Shown: piece after piece, positions 7,763 through 17,741 of the stretch
Layout of the letters: the number at the start of each line of letters is the position of its first letter
How positions within the stretch are numbered: position 1 is the first letter of the stretch
Sequence record: SRR20825019_768
Length of the DNA stretch: 52,610 bases
Strand: one strand, 5' to 3'
Translations under genes and position numbers: made by a program
Notes under the pieces: model-generated
The model's input: the letters and a program-made list of their open reading frames with translations, nothing else
Database searches by the model: none
What the model was told of the DNA's origin: nothing

Positions 7763-9562
7763 ATGAACATGACCGAAGCAAAAAAACCACTTGGCATTAC
7801 CGACGTCGTTCTGCGTGATGCCCATCAATCCCTGTTTGCCACCCGGATGCGTCTCGACGATATGCTGCCGATTGCCGACAAGCTCGATCAAGTCGGTTTC
7901 TGGTCGGTGGAAAGCTGGGGCGGCGCCACTTTTGATGCCTGTATCCGTTATCTGGGTGAAGATCCCTGGCATCGTATCCGCAGTCTGAAAGCCGCCATGC
8001 CCAATACCCGTCAGCAAATGCTGCTGCGGGGGCAGAACCTGCTGGGTTATCGCCACTATGCCGATGACGTAGTGAAAAAATTTGTCGAACGTGCCGCAGT
8101 GAATGGCGTCGATGTGTTCCGCGTCTTTGATGCGATGAATGACCCACGCAACCTGGAAACGGCCATCAAGGCAGTACTGGAAAATGACCGTCATGCCCAG
8201 GGCACCATCGCCTACACCCTGAGTCCGGTCCATAATCTGCAAATGTGGATTGATATGGCCAAGCGCATCGAAGATATGGGCGCGCATTCCCTGGCTATTA
8301 AGGATATGGCTGGTTTACTTAAGCCTTACGCAGCCTATGAGCTGGTTCAAAGTCTTAAGCAAGCTATTGATATTCCGATTCATATGCAGTCCCACGCGAC
8401 TACCGGCCTGTCTACTGCGACCATTATGAAATGCGTCGAAGCCGGTATCGATAACGTGGATACTGCCGTGTCATCCATGTCCATGACTTATGGTCATTCA
8501 GCGACAGAATCCGTCGTTTCGATTTTTGAAGGCACCGATCGCGATACCGGTCTCAATATCCAGTTGCTGGAAGAAATTGCGGCCTATTTCCGTGAGGTGC
8601 GTAAGAAGTACGCTCAATTCGAAGGCTCGCTGCGTGGTGTGGATTCCCGCATCCTGGTTGCTCAGGTACCCGGGGGCATGCTGACCAATATGGAAAGTCA
8701 GTTGCGTGAACAGAATGCGCTGGACCGAATGGATGATGTACTCAAGGAAATCCCTCGTGTACGTGAGGATCTGGGTTTCATCCCGCTGGTCACTCCGACC
8801 TCGCAGATTGTGGGTACTCAGGCGGTTATTAACGTCATGACCGGTGAACGTTATAAATCTATCAGCGCTGAAACGGCGGGTGTTCTGAAAGGCGAATACG
8901 GTGCTGCACCGGCTCCTTACAACAAGGAACTGCAGGAACGCGTTCTGGAAGGCGCTGAACCCATCACCTGTCGCCCGGCAGATCTGCTGGAAGCGGAAAT
9001 GGACAGGTTGACCACCGAATTACTGGAAAAAGCCGATGCCGATGGCATCAAGCTGGCGGAAGGCGAACATCAGGTTGATGATGTACTGACCTATGCCCTG
9101 TTCCCGCAAATCGGGCTCAAATTCCTGCAAAACCGCGATAATCCCGATGCCTTCGAACCGGTACCCAACGGCCAACCTCAGGCAAGCGCAACCCCTACTG
9201 GTAACACGACAACAGGTGAGCAGGACACCTATACCATCAAGGTTAACGGTCAGGCTTATGTGGTGCAGGTCAACGAAGGGGGCGATATCAGTCATGTTGA
9301 GAGCAGCACTGCCAGTGCGCCAGCACCGGCTGCAGAGCCTGCTGGTGACGGCGAACCGGTCACAGCACCGCTGTCCGGTAATATCTGGAAAATCCAGGTC
9401 GGCGTCGGCCAGCAGATAAACGAAGGTGACACCCTGCTGATTCTGGAAGCCATGAAAATGGAAACCCAGATCGTGGCCTCCAAGTCAGGCACTGTCGCCT
9501 CGATCTCCGTTAAACAGGGCGACGCCGTTAAAGTCGGTGATCTCCTCGCTACCATCGCATAA
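7763..9562 (+). CDS. oadA: Oxaloacetate decarboxylase alpha subunit
   Basis: [33 protein letters not shown]-terminal biotinyl domain with EAMKME. Confidence 0.97.
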   Translation: MNMTEAKKPLGITDVVLRDAHQSLFATRMRLDDMLPIADKLDQVGFWSVESWGGATFDACIRYLGEDPWHRIRSLKAAMPNTRQQMLLRGQNLLGYRHYADDVVKKFVERAAVNGVDVFRVFDAMNDPRNLETAIKAVLENDRHAQGTIAYTLSPVHNLQMWIDMAKRIEDMGAHSLAIKDMAGLLKPYAAYELVQSLKQAIDIPIHMQSHATTGLSTATIMKCVEAGIDNVDTAVSSMSMTYGHSATESVVSIFEGTDRDTGLNIQLLEEIAAYFREVRKKYAQFEGSLRGVDSRILVAQVPGGMLTNMESQLREQNALDRMDDVLKEIPRVREDLGFIPLVTPTSQIVGTQAVINVMTGERYKSISAETAGVLKGEYGAAPAPYNKELQERVLEGAEPITCRPADLLEAEMDRLTTELLEKADADGIKLAEGEHQVDDVLTYALFPQIGLKFLQNRDNPDAFEPVPNGQPQASATPTGNTTTGEQDTYTIKVNGQAYVVQVNEGGDISHVESSTASAPAPAAEPAGDGEPVTAPLSGNIWKIQVGVGQQINEGDTLLILEAMKMETQIVASKSGTVASISVKQGDAVKVGDLLATIA

Positions 9563-9577
9563 GCAAGGATTCAATTC

Positions 9578-10711
9578 ATGGATAAACTGATTCATCTGTG
9601 GGAAGTGACTGGTATCTACCAGATAACCCTCGGTCAGGGCGTGATGATTCTGATCGGCATGCTGCTGCTGTATCTCGCCATCAAGAAAAATTTCGAGCCG
9701 CTGTTGCTGGTACCCATTGGTTTCGGTGGTGTACTGGCGAATATTCCCGGAGCCGGTCTGGCTGAAGCTGGGGGCATTCTCCATATCTTCTACACCGTCG
9801 GTATCGAAAGCGGTGCCTTCCCGCTGATTATCTTTATGGGTGTCGGTGCGATGACCGATTTCGGCCCGTTGCTGGCAAACCCGAAAACCCTGTTTCTGGG
9901 TGCGGCAGCTCAGTTTGGTATCTTCGCCACACTGATGGGCGCCGTGGTGCTGTCTTATCTGGGCGTATTTGATTTCAGCCTGGCCGATGCGGCCGCGATT
10001 GGTATCATCGGCGGCGCTGATGGTCCGACATCAATTTACGTCGCCAGTAAGCTGGCACCGGAACTGCTGGGTGCGATTGCCGTGGCTTCCTATTCCTACA
10101 TGGCACTGGTACCTCTGATTCAGCCACCGATTATGCGTGCTTTGACCAGTGAGTCAGAACGTAAAATCAAGATGGTGCAGCAACGTCACGTTTCTCAGCG
10201 CGAGAAAATCGTGTTCCCATTGCTGCTGTTGATTCTGGTCGCTTTCCTGCTGCCTGATGCAGCGCCACTGCTGGGTATGTTCTGCTTCGGTAACCTGATG
10301 AAAGAATGTGCGGTCGTTGATCGCCTGAGCAATACCACTCAGAACTCACTGATCAATACCGTGACCATCTTCCTGGGTCTGGCTGTCGGCTCCAAGCTGA
10401 GCGCTGACAGCTTCCTGGATATGGCGACACTGGGCATTCTGGTGCTGGGCATGGTGGCTTTCGCTATCGGTACCGCTTCCGGCGTCATTATGGCCAAAGT
10501 CCTGAACAAGCTGGTCAAAGCACCGATCAATCCATTGATTGGTTCGGCCGGTGTCTCCGCGGTGCCGATGGCAGCCCGCGTATCCAACAAACTGGGACTT
10601 GAATCCGATCCGCATAACTTCCTGCTGATGCATGCCATGGGGCCGAATGTGGCCGGTGTGATTGGCTCAGCGGTCGCTGCCGGTATTCTGATTAATTACG
10701 CTGGCGGCTAA
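9578..10711 (+). CDS. oadB: Oxaloacetate decarboxylase beta subunit
   Basis: [48 protein letters not shown]. Confidence 0.97.
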   Translation: MDKLIHLWEVTGIYQITLGQGVMILIGMLLLYLAIKKNFEPLLLVPIGFGGVLANIPGAGLAEAGGILHIFYTVGIESGAFPLIIFMGVGAMTDFGPLLANPKTLFLGAAAQFGIFATLMGAVVLSYLGVFDFSLADAAAIGIIGGADGPTSIYVASKLAPELLGAIAVASYSYMALVPLIQPPIMRALTSESERKIKMVQQRHVSQREKIVFPLLLLILVAFLLPDAAPLLGMFCFGNLMKECAVVDRLSNTTQNSLINTVTIFLGLAVGSKLSADSFLDMATLGILVLGMVAFAIGTASGVIMAKVLNKLVKAPINPLIGSAGVSAVPMAARVSNKLGLESDPHNFLLMHAMGPNVAGVIGSAVAAGILINYAGG

Positions 10712-10721
10712 ACCAAAGCCC

Positions 10722-10748
10722 AAAAAAACCCGCTCCGGCGGGTTTTTT
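10722..10748. terminator. Bidirectional intrinsic terminator
   Basis: AAAAAAACCCGC-TCCG-GCGGGTTTTTT between the convergent oadB and 10750-11049 genes. Confidence 0.9.
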
Positions 10749-10749
10749 A

Positions 10750-11049
10750 TTACTCTCTGACCAGCCTGGCACTGGCGATCCGGTCAACGGCTCCAATCAC
10801 CACGCAGGCAAAGCGGTCTATCGAAGCAGAGGATTCCACTGAAGTCATCCACTGACCGGTACCGTTCTCGGCTGGGATGTTAAGTGTGATGCCCTGATCG
10901 TCAGCCAGTTGCTGCAGCTCGGAAACAGAAATACCGGGTTCAATCAGCTCGCAAAAATCCTCAATGCGCCCGGTATCCCAGACATAATAGACGGGGTATA
11001 GAATAGCGAGGACAATAACTACTTGAGTCAGATTAACCAGAATTTTCAT
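10750..11049 (-). CDS. Hypothetical membrane-anchored protein
   Basis: 99-aa ORF with an N-terminal hydrophobic segment, two Cys, an AGGA RBS, and a stop next to the terminator. Confidence 0.7.
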   Translation of the reverse strand: MKILVNLTQVVIVLAILYPVYYVWDTGRIEDFCELIEPGISVSELQQLADDQGITLNIPAENGTGQWMTSVESSASIDRFACVVIGAVDRIASARLVRE

Positions 11050-11237
11050 TCGTTTTGTCCTGCAGCAGATAAGGTAAAATCGCGACTATAGCGACAACAA
11101 GTCTGAAATAGCTCGACTTTTGTCACATCCCTCAAGATACGCTATTTATTTTGTTGCAGTTTTATAAATACGGTCAATAGGTACAGCAGCTCAAATTCCA
11201 TCGCTGTTCAATGCCATATCCAGTTTAAAGGAGCCCC

Positions 11238-11456
11238 ATGAGCGAGACCATTCATGTTGTGTTAAGTCAAAGCCCGGTGGAGCTATACAAAATTCTCAAA
11301 TTTGAAGGCATCGCTGCCAGCGGCGCTGAAGCTAAAATGATGATCGATCAGGGCATGGTGACCGTTAACAATGAGGCGGAAAGTCGCAAGCGCCGCAAAA
11401 TTATCGGCGGTGACAAGATCCAGATTGGTGATATTTATCTGGTGATTTCTGATTAA
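11238..11456 (+). CDS. S4 domain RNA-binding protein (YbcJ/YaaA-like)
   Basis: VELYKILK..G...SGAEAK..I..G.V.VN...ESRKRRKI..GD; AAGGAG RBS. Confidence 0.9.
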   Translation: MSETIHVVLSQSPVELYKILKFEGIAASGAEAKMMIDQGMVTVNNEAESRKRRKIIGGDKIQIGDIYLVISD

Positions 11457-12022
11457 TAATCAGAAAGTATTTTCTCAGCCAGTTGGCGCGCCTTTACAGC
11501 CGCTTGTTTATCACCTTGTACCTGTGCTGTCACGATCGCGCCTTCTTTGAGCAAAGACAACATATCCACCAGCCTTTCCTCATCCTCTGATAGCGCCAGC
11601 CTGGCTACCTGTTCTCTTATCAGTGATCGAACCCGCATTTTATGGTCATGGCATAGCTGATAAGCCCCTGCGGTCGAATCACCGTACTCACCGCAGGTAT
11701 TGATAAAGAAACACCCCTTGAAATCTGCCAGCATATCGACCCGATTGTTGAACCAGTCGTCCAGCGCATCAAACAGTTCCAGCAGCGCTGTTTTACCGGG
11801 GCCCGCTTGCTGCATTCTCGCTGCCAGCCAGTCAACAAACTTATCATCACGATAAATCAGTACCGCTTCCAGCAGAGATTCTTTACTACCGAAGTGACTG
11901 TACAAAGTTTTTTTGGCCACATTGGCCTGTTGCAGGATCTGATTGATCCCCACCGCATGAATACCATAGCGGTAAAACAGCTCAAAGGCCGTCTCGATCA
12001 GTTGTTGTCTCTTGTCCATCAT
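11453..12022 (-). CDS. TetR/AcrR family transcriptional regulator
   Basis: HTH A.ELFY..GIHAVGI..I...ANVAKKTLY.HF.SKE.L; GCFFIN motif; start set at the ATG at 12022 (GAGGA RBS). Confidence 0.93.
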   Translation of the reverse strand: MMDKRQQLIETAFELFYRYGIHAVGINQILQQANVAKKTLYSHFGSKESLLEAVLIYRDDKFVDWLAARMQQAGPGKTALLELFDALDDWFNNRVDMLADFKGCFFINTCGEYGDSTAGAYQLCHDHKMRVRSLIREQVARLALSEDEERLVDMLSLLKEGAIVTAQVQGDKQAAVKARQLAEKILSDY

Positions 12023-12048
12023 TGGCGCTTTCCTCAATGCAAAATAGT

Positions 12049-12100
12049 TTGACACGAGTAGACCACCCTGTCTACCATAAAGTAGACAAGTTGTTCTACT
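12049..12100. promoter_or_regulatory. Tandem palindromic TetR operators overlapping a sigma70-like promoter
   Basis: GTAGAC-N6-GTCTAC (12058-12075) and AGTAGA-N8-TCTACT (12081-12100); TTGACA at 12049-12054. Confidence 0.7.
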
Positions 12101-12112
12101 ACGGAGAACCCC

Positions 12113-12586
12113 ATGACTGACGAACCGAAAGCCCCCTTCCCGCCTTTTAGCGACGAAACTGCGCGTCTGAAGGTACGCCTGGCAGAAAATGCCTGGAACA
12201 GCAAAAACCCGGAAAAAGTCTCGCTGGCGTATACCTCAGACAGCCGCTGGCGTAATCGCACAGAATTTCCTCAGGGACGTGAGCAAATTAAGGCATTTTT
12301 AACGCGCAAGTGGGAGCGTGAGCTCGATTATCGCCTGGTCAAAGAACTCTGGGCTTATGACCATAACCGTATCGCGGTGCGTTTCGCCTACGAATGGCAT
12401 GACAATAACGGTAACTGGTATCGCTCCTATGGCAATGAAAACTGGGAGTTTGATGATAAGGGCTTGATGCAAAGCCGTTTCGCCAGCATTAACGATATGC
12501 CCATTAGCGAGGAAGACCGCCTGTTTCACTGGCCTAGCGGACCCAGACCCGATGATCATCCGGGCCTGAGTGACCTGGGCTTGTAG
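12113..12586 (+). CDS. DUF1348 / SnoaL-like (NTF2 fold) protein
   Basis: PPF...[60 protein letters not shown]. Confidence 0.92.
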   Translation: MTDEPKAPFPPFSDETARLKVRLAENAWNSKNPEKVSLAYTSDSRWRNRTEFPQGREQIKAFLTRKWERELDYRLVKELWAYDHNRIAVRFAYEWHDNNGNWYRSYGNENWEFDDKGLMQSRFASINDMPISEEDRLFHWPSGPRPDDHPGLSDLGL

Positions 12587-12620
12587 TACAAAAACGATTG
12601 TTGCGTTATAGAATACCCGC

Positions 12621-13295
12621 ATGACCAGTGCAACACGTCCGTCACCTGAATACGTCATCCTGCTTCACGGCCTGGCACGAACCGCGCGCTCAATGCGGAA
12701 GCTGGAAAAGTCTCTGCAACAGGCAGGCTATCAAACTTGTAACATCCACTACCCTTCCAGGAAGTTCTGTATAGCCTCATTGAGTGAAAAGGCTATCGGT
12801 GAGGCTTTGCGACAGATTCCAGTGTCAGCAAAAATCCACTTTGTCACCCACTCTCTGGGCGGCATTTTACTGAGGCAATACCTGCATCATCATGAGCTCC
12901 ATAATCTGGGTCGGGTAGTGATGCTGGGTCCCCCTAACCACGGCAGTCAGATTGCCGACTGGCTGCAGCCCTATTCTTTTTATCACTGGTTTTTCGGCCC
13001 AGTCGCTGCTGAACTTGGCACGACGGATAACACGCCACTCAAATCCCTGAACAGGATTGATTTTGAGGTCGGCATTATTGCAGGCAGACGCGCTGTTAAT
13101 ATTCTTTGCGCCCCTTTTCTTCCCAAACCTAATGACGGTCAGGTCACCGTGGCAAGCACCCGGCTGGAAGGCATGCAGGATCATATCTGCCTGGCGGTCA
13201 GCCATTCATTCATGATGAGCAGGCCAGTAGTGATTCGGCAAGTGCTCATTTTCCTGCAGCAGGGTCATTTTGATCATAACGGGAATCATTGCTGA
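12621..13295 (+). CDS. Alpha/beta hydrolase (lipase/esterase-like)
   Basis: VILLHGL, FVTHSLGG nucleophile elbow, LGPPNHGS, NDGQV, catalytic His in VSHSF. Confidence 0.88.
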   Translation: MTSATRPSPEYVILLHGLARTARSMRKLEKSLQQAGYQTCNIHYPSRKFCIASLSEKAIGEALRQIPVSAKIHFVTHSLGGILLRQYLHHHELHNLGRVVMLGPPNHGSQIADWLQPYSFYHWFFGPVAAELGTTDNTPLKSLNRIDFEVGIIAGRRAVNILCAPFLPKPNDGQVTVASTRLEGMQDHICLAVSHSFMMSRPVVIRQVLIFLQQGHFDHNGNHC

Positions 13296-13342
13296 ACACT
13301 ATCTGTCAGCAATAACAGACAATATTAAGACAAGGAGAAAAT

Positions 13343-14029
13343 ATGCATATTCTGATGGTTTTGACCTCACACGATCGACTGGGCGTCACCAGCGAAAAGA
13401 CCGGCTTCTGGTTAGAAGAATTTGCCGCACCCTATTATGTTTTTCGTGATGCTGATATCAAAGTCACGGTGGCCTCACCCCGAGGTGGTCAGCCGCCGCT
13501 GGATCCCAAGAGCGAAATGCCGGAGTTTCAAACACCAGCAACCGATCGCTTCAACAAAGATCGCTTTGCCCAGAAGCTACTGGCCAACACTGTGCCCCTG
13601 GCCCAGGTCAGCGCCGACAATTACGATGCCGTTTTCTATCCTGGTGGACATGGGCCGCTGTGGGATCTGGCGAAGTCTTCCTATTCCATTAGTCTGATCG
13701 AGGATTTCCTGGGACAGGATAAACCGGTTGCTACTGTCTGCCATGCGCCGGCAGTGCTGATTGATGTTCATGACAAACAAGGTCAGCCAATCGTGAAAAA
13801 CCGTGCAGTAACCGGTTTCAGCAACAGTGAAGAGGAAGCCGTCGGTCTCAGCCAGATTGTGCCATTCCTGCTGGAGGATGCCCTCAAATCCAGAGGCGGC
13901 TGTTTTGTTAAAGCCGAAGACTGGACTGAAAACTGCTGTGTCGATGGCCCACTGATAACCGGTCAGAATCCGCAGTCATCAGCAGCCACAGCGCAGGCCC
14001 TGCTTCAGAGCCTCAAACAGGCCGCTTAA
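13343..14029 (+). CDS. DJ-1/PfpI (Hsp31-like) class I glutamine amidotransferase-like protein
   Basis: TGFWLEEFAAPY, FYPGGHGPLWDL, VCHAP, LITGQNP.S. Confidence 0.93.
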   Translation: MHILMVLTSHDRLGVTSEKTGFWLEEFAAPYYVFRDADIKVTVASPRGGQPPLDPKSEMPEFQTPATDRFNKDRFAQKLLANTVPLAQVSADNYDAVFYPGGHGPLWDLAKSSYSISLIEDFLGQDKPVATVCHAPAVLIDVHDKQGQPIVKNRAVTGFSNSEEEAVGLSQIVPFLLEDALKSRGGCFVKAEDWTENCCVDGPLITGQNPQSSAATAQALLQSLKQAA

Positions 14030-14069
14030 CTGTTATAATCATGGGTTTTAACTGATTGAGATAAATCTG

Positions 14070-14351
14070 ATGGCAAAAGCAACGGCAAGACATATTCTGG
14101 TCGACAGCGAAGAAATCTGTCTGGAACTGAAACGTGAAATCGAACAGGGTGCCGACTTTGGTGATATCGCCAAAGAGCACTCTTCCTGCCCTTCCGGTCG
14201 CAGCGGCGGCGATCTGGGTGAGTTCGGTCCGGGCATGATGGTGCCGGAATTCGACAAGGTTGTGTTTTCAGCACCCGTTAATACCGTGCAAGGCCCGGTT
14301 AAAACCCAGTTCGGTTATCACCTGCTGGAAGTGACCAGCCGCACTGAATAA
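14070..14351 (+). CDS. ppiC: Parvulin-type peptidyl-prolyl isomerase
   Basis: 93 aa, [44 protein letters not shown] extended -10 upstream at 14031-14039. Confidence 0.95.
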   Translation: MAKATARHILVDSEEICLELKREIEQGADFGDIAKEHSSCPSGRSGGDLGEFGPGMMVPEFDKVVFSAPVNTVQGPVKTQFGYHLLEVTSRTE

Positions 14352-14371
14352 GACTGAATGTCTTTTTCTAT

Positions 14372-14397
14372 AAAAGCCCCGTCAGCGGGGCTTTTTT
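14372..14397 (+). terminator. Intrinsic terminator after ppiC
   Basis: AAAAGCCCCG-TCAG-CGGGGCTTTTTT. Confidence 0.9.
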
Positions 14398-14448
14398 GTT
14401 TCTAACGAGCAATAAAGATACTACCGCTCATCGTATAAGAAATAGCAC

Positions 14449-14520
14449 ATCCGCAGATTTCGCAGATTCTCACAGATGACTGTTCTAAATAATCTGCGAA
14501 CATCAGCGTGATCTGCGGAT
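14449..14520. repeat. REP-like palindromic element (same family as the window termini)
   Basis: Left arm ATCCGCAGATTTCGCAGATTCTCACAGAT (14449-14477) and right arm ATCTGCGAACATCAGCGTGATCTGCGGAT (14492-14520); lies between the convergent ppiC and dinG. Confidence 0.88.
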
Positions 14521-14532
14521 ATATGCATTTCA

Positions 14533-16611
14533 TCATCGAACCAGACGATAATCCGGTAAATGATCAAGTAACTGTTTGCCATAGCCCTTGGTCAGCAGGC
14601 GCCGGTCCAGAATAGTAATCCGGCCACTGTCAGTTTCCTTGCGTAAAAGACGCCCACAGGCCTGAATCAGTTTTACACTGACCGCCGGCAAAGACAGTGC
14701 CGTAAAAGGCTGACCACCGCGGCGGATAATCCACTCCTGCTTGGCCTGCTCTATCGGTCGGGTGAAGACCGGAAACGGCAGTTTGGTAATGATGACGTGG
14801 GTACAGAGATTACCCGGCAGATCGACACCTTCAGCAAAACGGTCCATCCCGAAAATAATGCTGCCCTGCCCGGCTTCGATCTGTCGAATATGCCGCTGCA
14901 CCATGTTTTTGGGTGACAGCGTGTCACCCTGAATCAACACCAGCCGGCTGATCTCTGCCGGCAACTGCCGATACACCGCCTCCATCACCTCGCGGGAGGT
15001 AAACAGTACCAAAGTCGCCTCAGTGGTATCTATAACCTGTTTCAGTCTGCTAACAACCTCTCGGCGCCATTGCTGTTGCTGCTCATTAGGTAAAAATTGC
15101 ATCGCCGGGAGGTTTAACGTGGCCTGATCGTTGTAATTGAATGGTGACGGTACAGCCAGAAAATGCTGTTCAGAAAAACGATGCAGACCGCAGTCGATCC
15201 GGAAGCGGTGAAATAAGCCCATCCCACGTAAGGTCGCTGAGGTTAAAACCACACCAAATGCCCTTGTCCACAGACTGCGATCAAGAAAATAGGCGGCCGT
15301 CATCGGTCCGGCATGAATCACCAGCGTTTGTTGTTTGGCGAACTGCTCCACCGACAGCCAGCGGACATTCGGCGGGCGGTCTTCCTGGTCCGGTTCCAGA
15401 AACAGCCCCATAAAATCAATCAGATAGCCGAAGATATTCTGCACCGTGCCGACCTGCGGCAACAGGGCTTCACCGACTTTGTTGGAAAGTTGGGTTTTCT
15501 CCAGCCCTTCCTTGATCCATTTGGCCAGCACCGAATAATGCTTGTAAATATTATTCGCTCTTTGCAGGAGATTCTGACAGGGAATTAATAAGGCATTAAC
15601 CAAAGGACTGTTCCAGAAAATACGTGGTTCGCTGATCCGTTTTTCCAGTAAGTCATGCACCAGCCCGTCGCTCTGCAGAATCGTTTCCATCTGTTGCAGA
15701 TGGCTCATCACAGCCGGAAGATCTCTGCGCAGTTCACTGAGCATATAACCAAAATCATGCTGACGGAATGCCAGCGCTGACGGGATTTTCTTTAATACGC
15801 TGTCGGCTGTTTCCGTCGTTTGATACAACTGAATAAAGTTGAGTGCCTTGGCAGCGTGATCCAGTGCTTTGCGTGGCAGATTATGCGCCTCGTCGAATAC
15901 AAACAGCACTTCTTCCGGATTGGGCAGTACCAGACCGCCCCCCAGATCGGCATCACTGAGAATCAAATCGTGATTCGCCACCACCACCTGAGCACTGACC
16001 ATCTCGCGGCGTAATTTGTAATAAGGGCAGCGCAGATAAAACGAACAACTCTTGCCGGCACAGCCCTCGGAATCAGTGGAGACCTGGCTCCATAAATCCG
16101 AACTGATCTTGTCACTGCGACTGTCTCTGTCGCCATCCCATTGTTCCTGATCCCATTCGCTTAACATCTGCTTGGCTGCGGCCATGTGCAGTGCCTGCTG
16201 GTATTTGGCGTCGATATCGATATCCAGCGTTTGTTGTTCAGGTGCGGTCGCCAACTGACTGAGTTTACTGGGACACAAATAACGCCTGCGACCTTTGACC
16301 TGAACGAAACGAATCGGTTGTTCCAGTGCTGCAGAGAACTGCGGCAGATCTTTCTGAATCAGCTGTTGCTGCAGGTTGACCGTAGCGGTGCTGATCACCA
16401 GCGTTTTCTTGTTATTGATAGCCGCTTCAATCGCACCGCTCAGGTAAGCCAGTGTCTTGCCGACCCCGGTGGGGGCTTCGACCACAGCAATACGCTGCTG
16501 CGCCGGTTTTGCCATTTGATCGGCAATAAACTGGCTCATCTGCGCTTGCTGCGGCCGGGGTTTGAAATCGGGAATCGCTACCTGCAAACGCCGGAAAATG
16601 GCTTCTGACAA
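14533..16611 (-). CDS. dinG: ATP-dependent DNA helicase DinG (Fe-S, SF2)
   Basis: R.QQ Q-motif, EAPTGVGKT, KGRRRYLC, four Fe-S Cys, DEAH, TSATL, EGVDLPG, QACGRLLR. Confidence 0.93.
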   Translation of the reverse strand: MSEAIFRRLQVAIPDFKPRPQQAQMSQFIADQMAKPAQQRIAVVEAPTGVGKTLAYLSGAIEAAINNKKTLVISTATVNLQQQLIQKDLPQFSAALEQPIRFVQVKGRRRYLCPSKLSQLATAPEQQTLDIDIDAKYQQALHMAAAKQMLSEWDQEQWDGDRDSRSDKISSDLWSQVSTDSEGCAGKSCSFYLRCPYYKLRREMVSAQVVVANHDLILSDADLGGGLVLPNPEEVLFVFDEAHNLPRKALDHAAKALNFIQLYQTTETADSVLKKIPSALAFRQHDFGYMLSELRRDLPAVMSHLQQMETILQSDGLVHDLLEKRISEPRIFWNSPLVNALLIPCQNLLQRANNIYKHYSVLAKWIKEGLEKTQLSNKVGEALLPQVGTVQNIFGYLIDFMGLFLEPDQEDRPPNVRWLSVEQFAKQQTLVIHAGPMTAAYFLDRSLWTRAFGVVLTSATLRGMGLFHRFRIDCGLHRFSEQHFLAVPSPFNYNDQATLNLPAMQFLPNEQQQQWRREVVSRLKQVIDTTEATLVLFTSREVMEAVYRQLPAEISRLVLIQGDTLSPKNMVQRHIRQIEAGQGSIIFGMDRFAEGVDLPGNLCTHVIITKLPFPVFTRPIEQAKQEWIIRRGGQPFTALSLPAVSVKLIQACGRLLRKETDSGRITILDRRLLTKGYGKQLLDHLPDYRLVR

Positions 16612-16614
16612 AAG

Positions 16615-17604
16615 CTAGCCTCCAACCTGATAAGTCAACGGCTTATCATGCAGATATTCCAGAATGTTATTGACCGTGGTCTCGGCGATATGCTGCAAGG
16701 CTTCTTTGGTGAAATAAGCCTGATGGCCAGTGACAATAACGTTAGGAAGCGTAATCAGACGCTGAATCACATCATCCTGAATAATATCCAGAGAGTGATC
16801 TTCAAAAAACAGACTGCCTTCCTGTTCATAAACATCAATGCCCAGGTAGGCAATATGATGGGCTTTAAGGCCATCCAGCACGGCCTGTGTATCCATCAAG
16901 GCGCCACGGCTGGTGTTAATCAGCATCACCCCTTGCTTCAGGCGTGCGACACTGTCGCGATTGATAAGATGTCGGGTGTGTTCATTGAGCGGACAATGCA
17001 GAGTAATGATATCGCTGCTGGCAAACAAGCTGTCCAGCGATGCCGTCTCATAGCCTTGCTGACGACATTTTTCTTCATTAAACGGATCATAAATCAGTAT
17101 CCGGCAACCAAATGCCCGCATTCTCTCCGCAACCAGCATGCCAATCTTGCCGCCGCCGATAATACCGAGCGTCTTGGCATAAAAATCAAAACCCAGCAGA
17201 CCATCCAACGAAAAGTTACCATCGCGGACACGGTTATAGGCACGGGGTAATTTACGACTCAAAGCCAGCATCAGAGCAATGGTATGTTCGGCAACAGCAT
17301 AAGGGGAATAGGCCGGCACATTCACAATGCAAATGGCAAGATCCTTTGCTGCCTGTAAGTCGACCTGATTGAACCCGGCACAGCGTAATGCAATCAGCCT
17401 AGTGCCGCCTTCAGCCAGCATGGTCAGTGTTTCCCGCCCCAAATCATCATTGACGAAGGCACTGACGATTTCTGCGCCCTGCGCCATCACCGCGGTAGAC
17501 GGATTCAGTGCCAGTTCCAGACACTGGAATTCAAGCTCATCCGTGGCAGCGCGCAACAGAAATGTCTGATCATAGGGTTTGGCACTGAAAACAGCGATTT
17601 GCAC
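16615..17604 (-). CDS. ldhA: D-lactate dehydrogenase / D-2-hydroxyacid dehydrogenase
   Basis: ALRCAGFNQVD, VPAYSPYAVAEH, GGGKIG, LINTSRG, DVYEQE, TGHQAYFT. Confidence 0.9.
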   Translation of the reverse strand: MQIAVFSAKPYDQTFLLRAATDELEFQCLELALNPSTAVMAQGAEIVSAFVNDDLGRETLTMLAEGGTRLIALRCAGFNQVDLQAAKDLAICIVNVPAYSPYAVAEHTIALMLALSRKLPRAYNRVRDGNFSLDGLLGFDFYAKTLGIIGGGKIGMLVAERMRAFGCRILIYDPFNEEKCRQQGYETASLDSLFASSDIITLHCPLNEHTRHLINRDSVARLKQGVMLINTSRGALMDTQAVLDGLKAHHIAYLGIDVYEQEGSLFFEDHSLDIIQDDVIQRLITLPNVIVTGHQAYFTKEALQHIAETTVNNILEYLHDKPLTYQVGG

Positions 17605-17741
17605 GGCAGAAACGGGTCCGTTGATGAAGGTTCAGATCCCTATTGTCCTAATCTCGCCGCTGCAATTCAATCTTTAATACTGTGCAAAACTTGAGGAAAT
17701 TTCTTACACTGCTATTAAGCGTCGACAGGAAGCACGGCATT

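Noticed and set aside
14533-16611. DinG as part of a type IV CRISPR or other defence system
   Set aside because: It is the ordinary chromosomal Fe-S DinG, flanked by metabolic genes, with no cas genes or array
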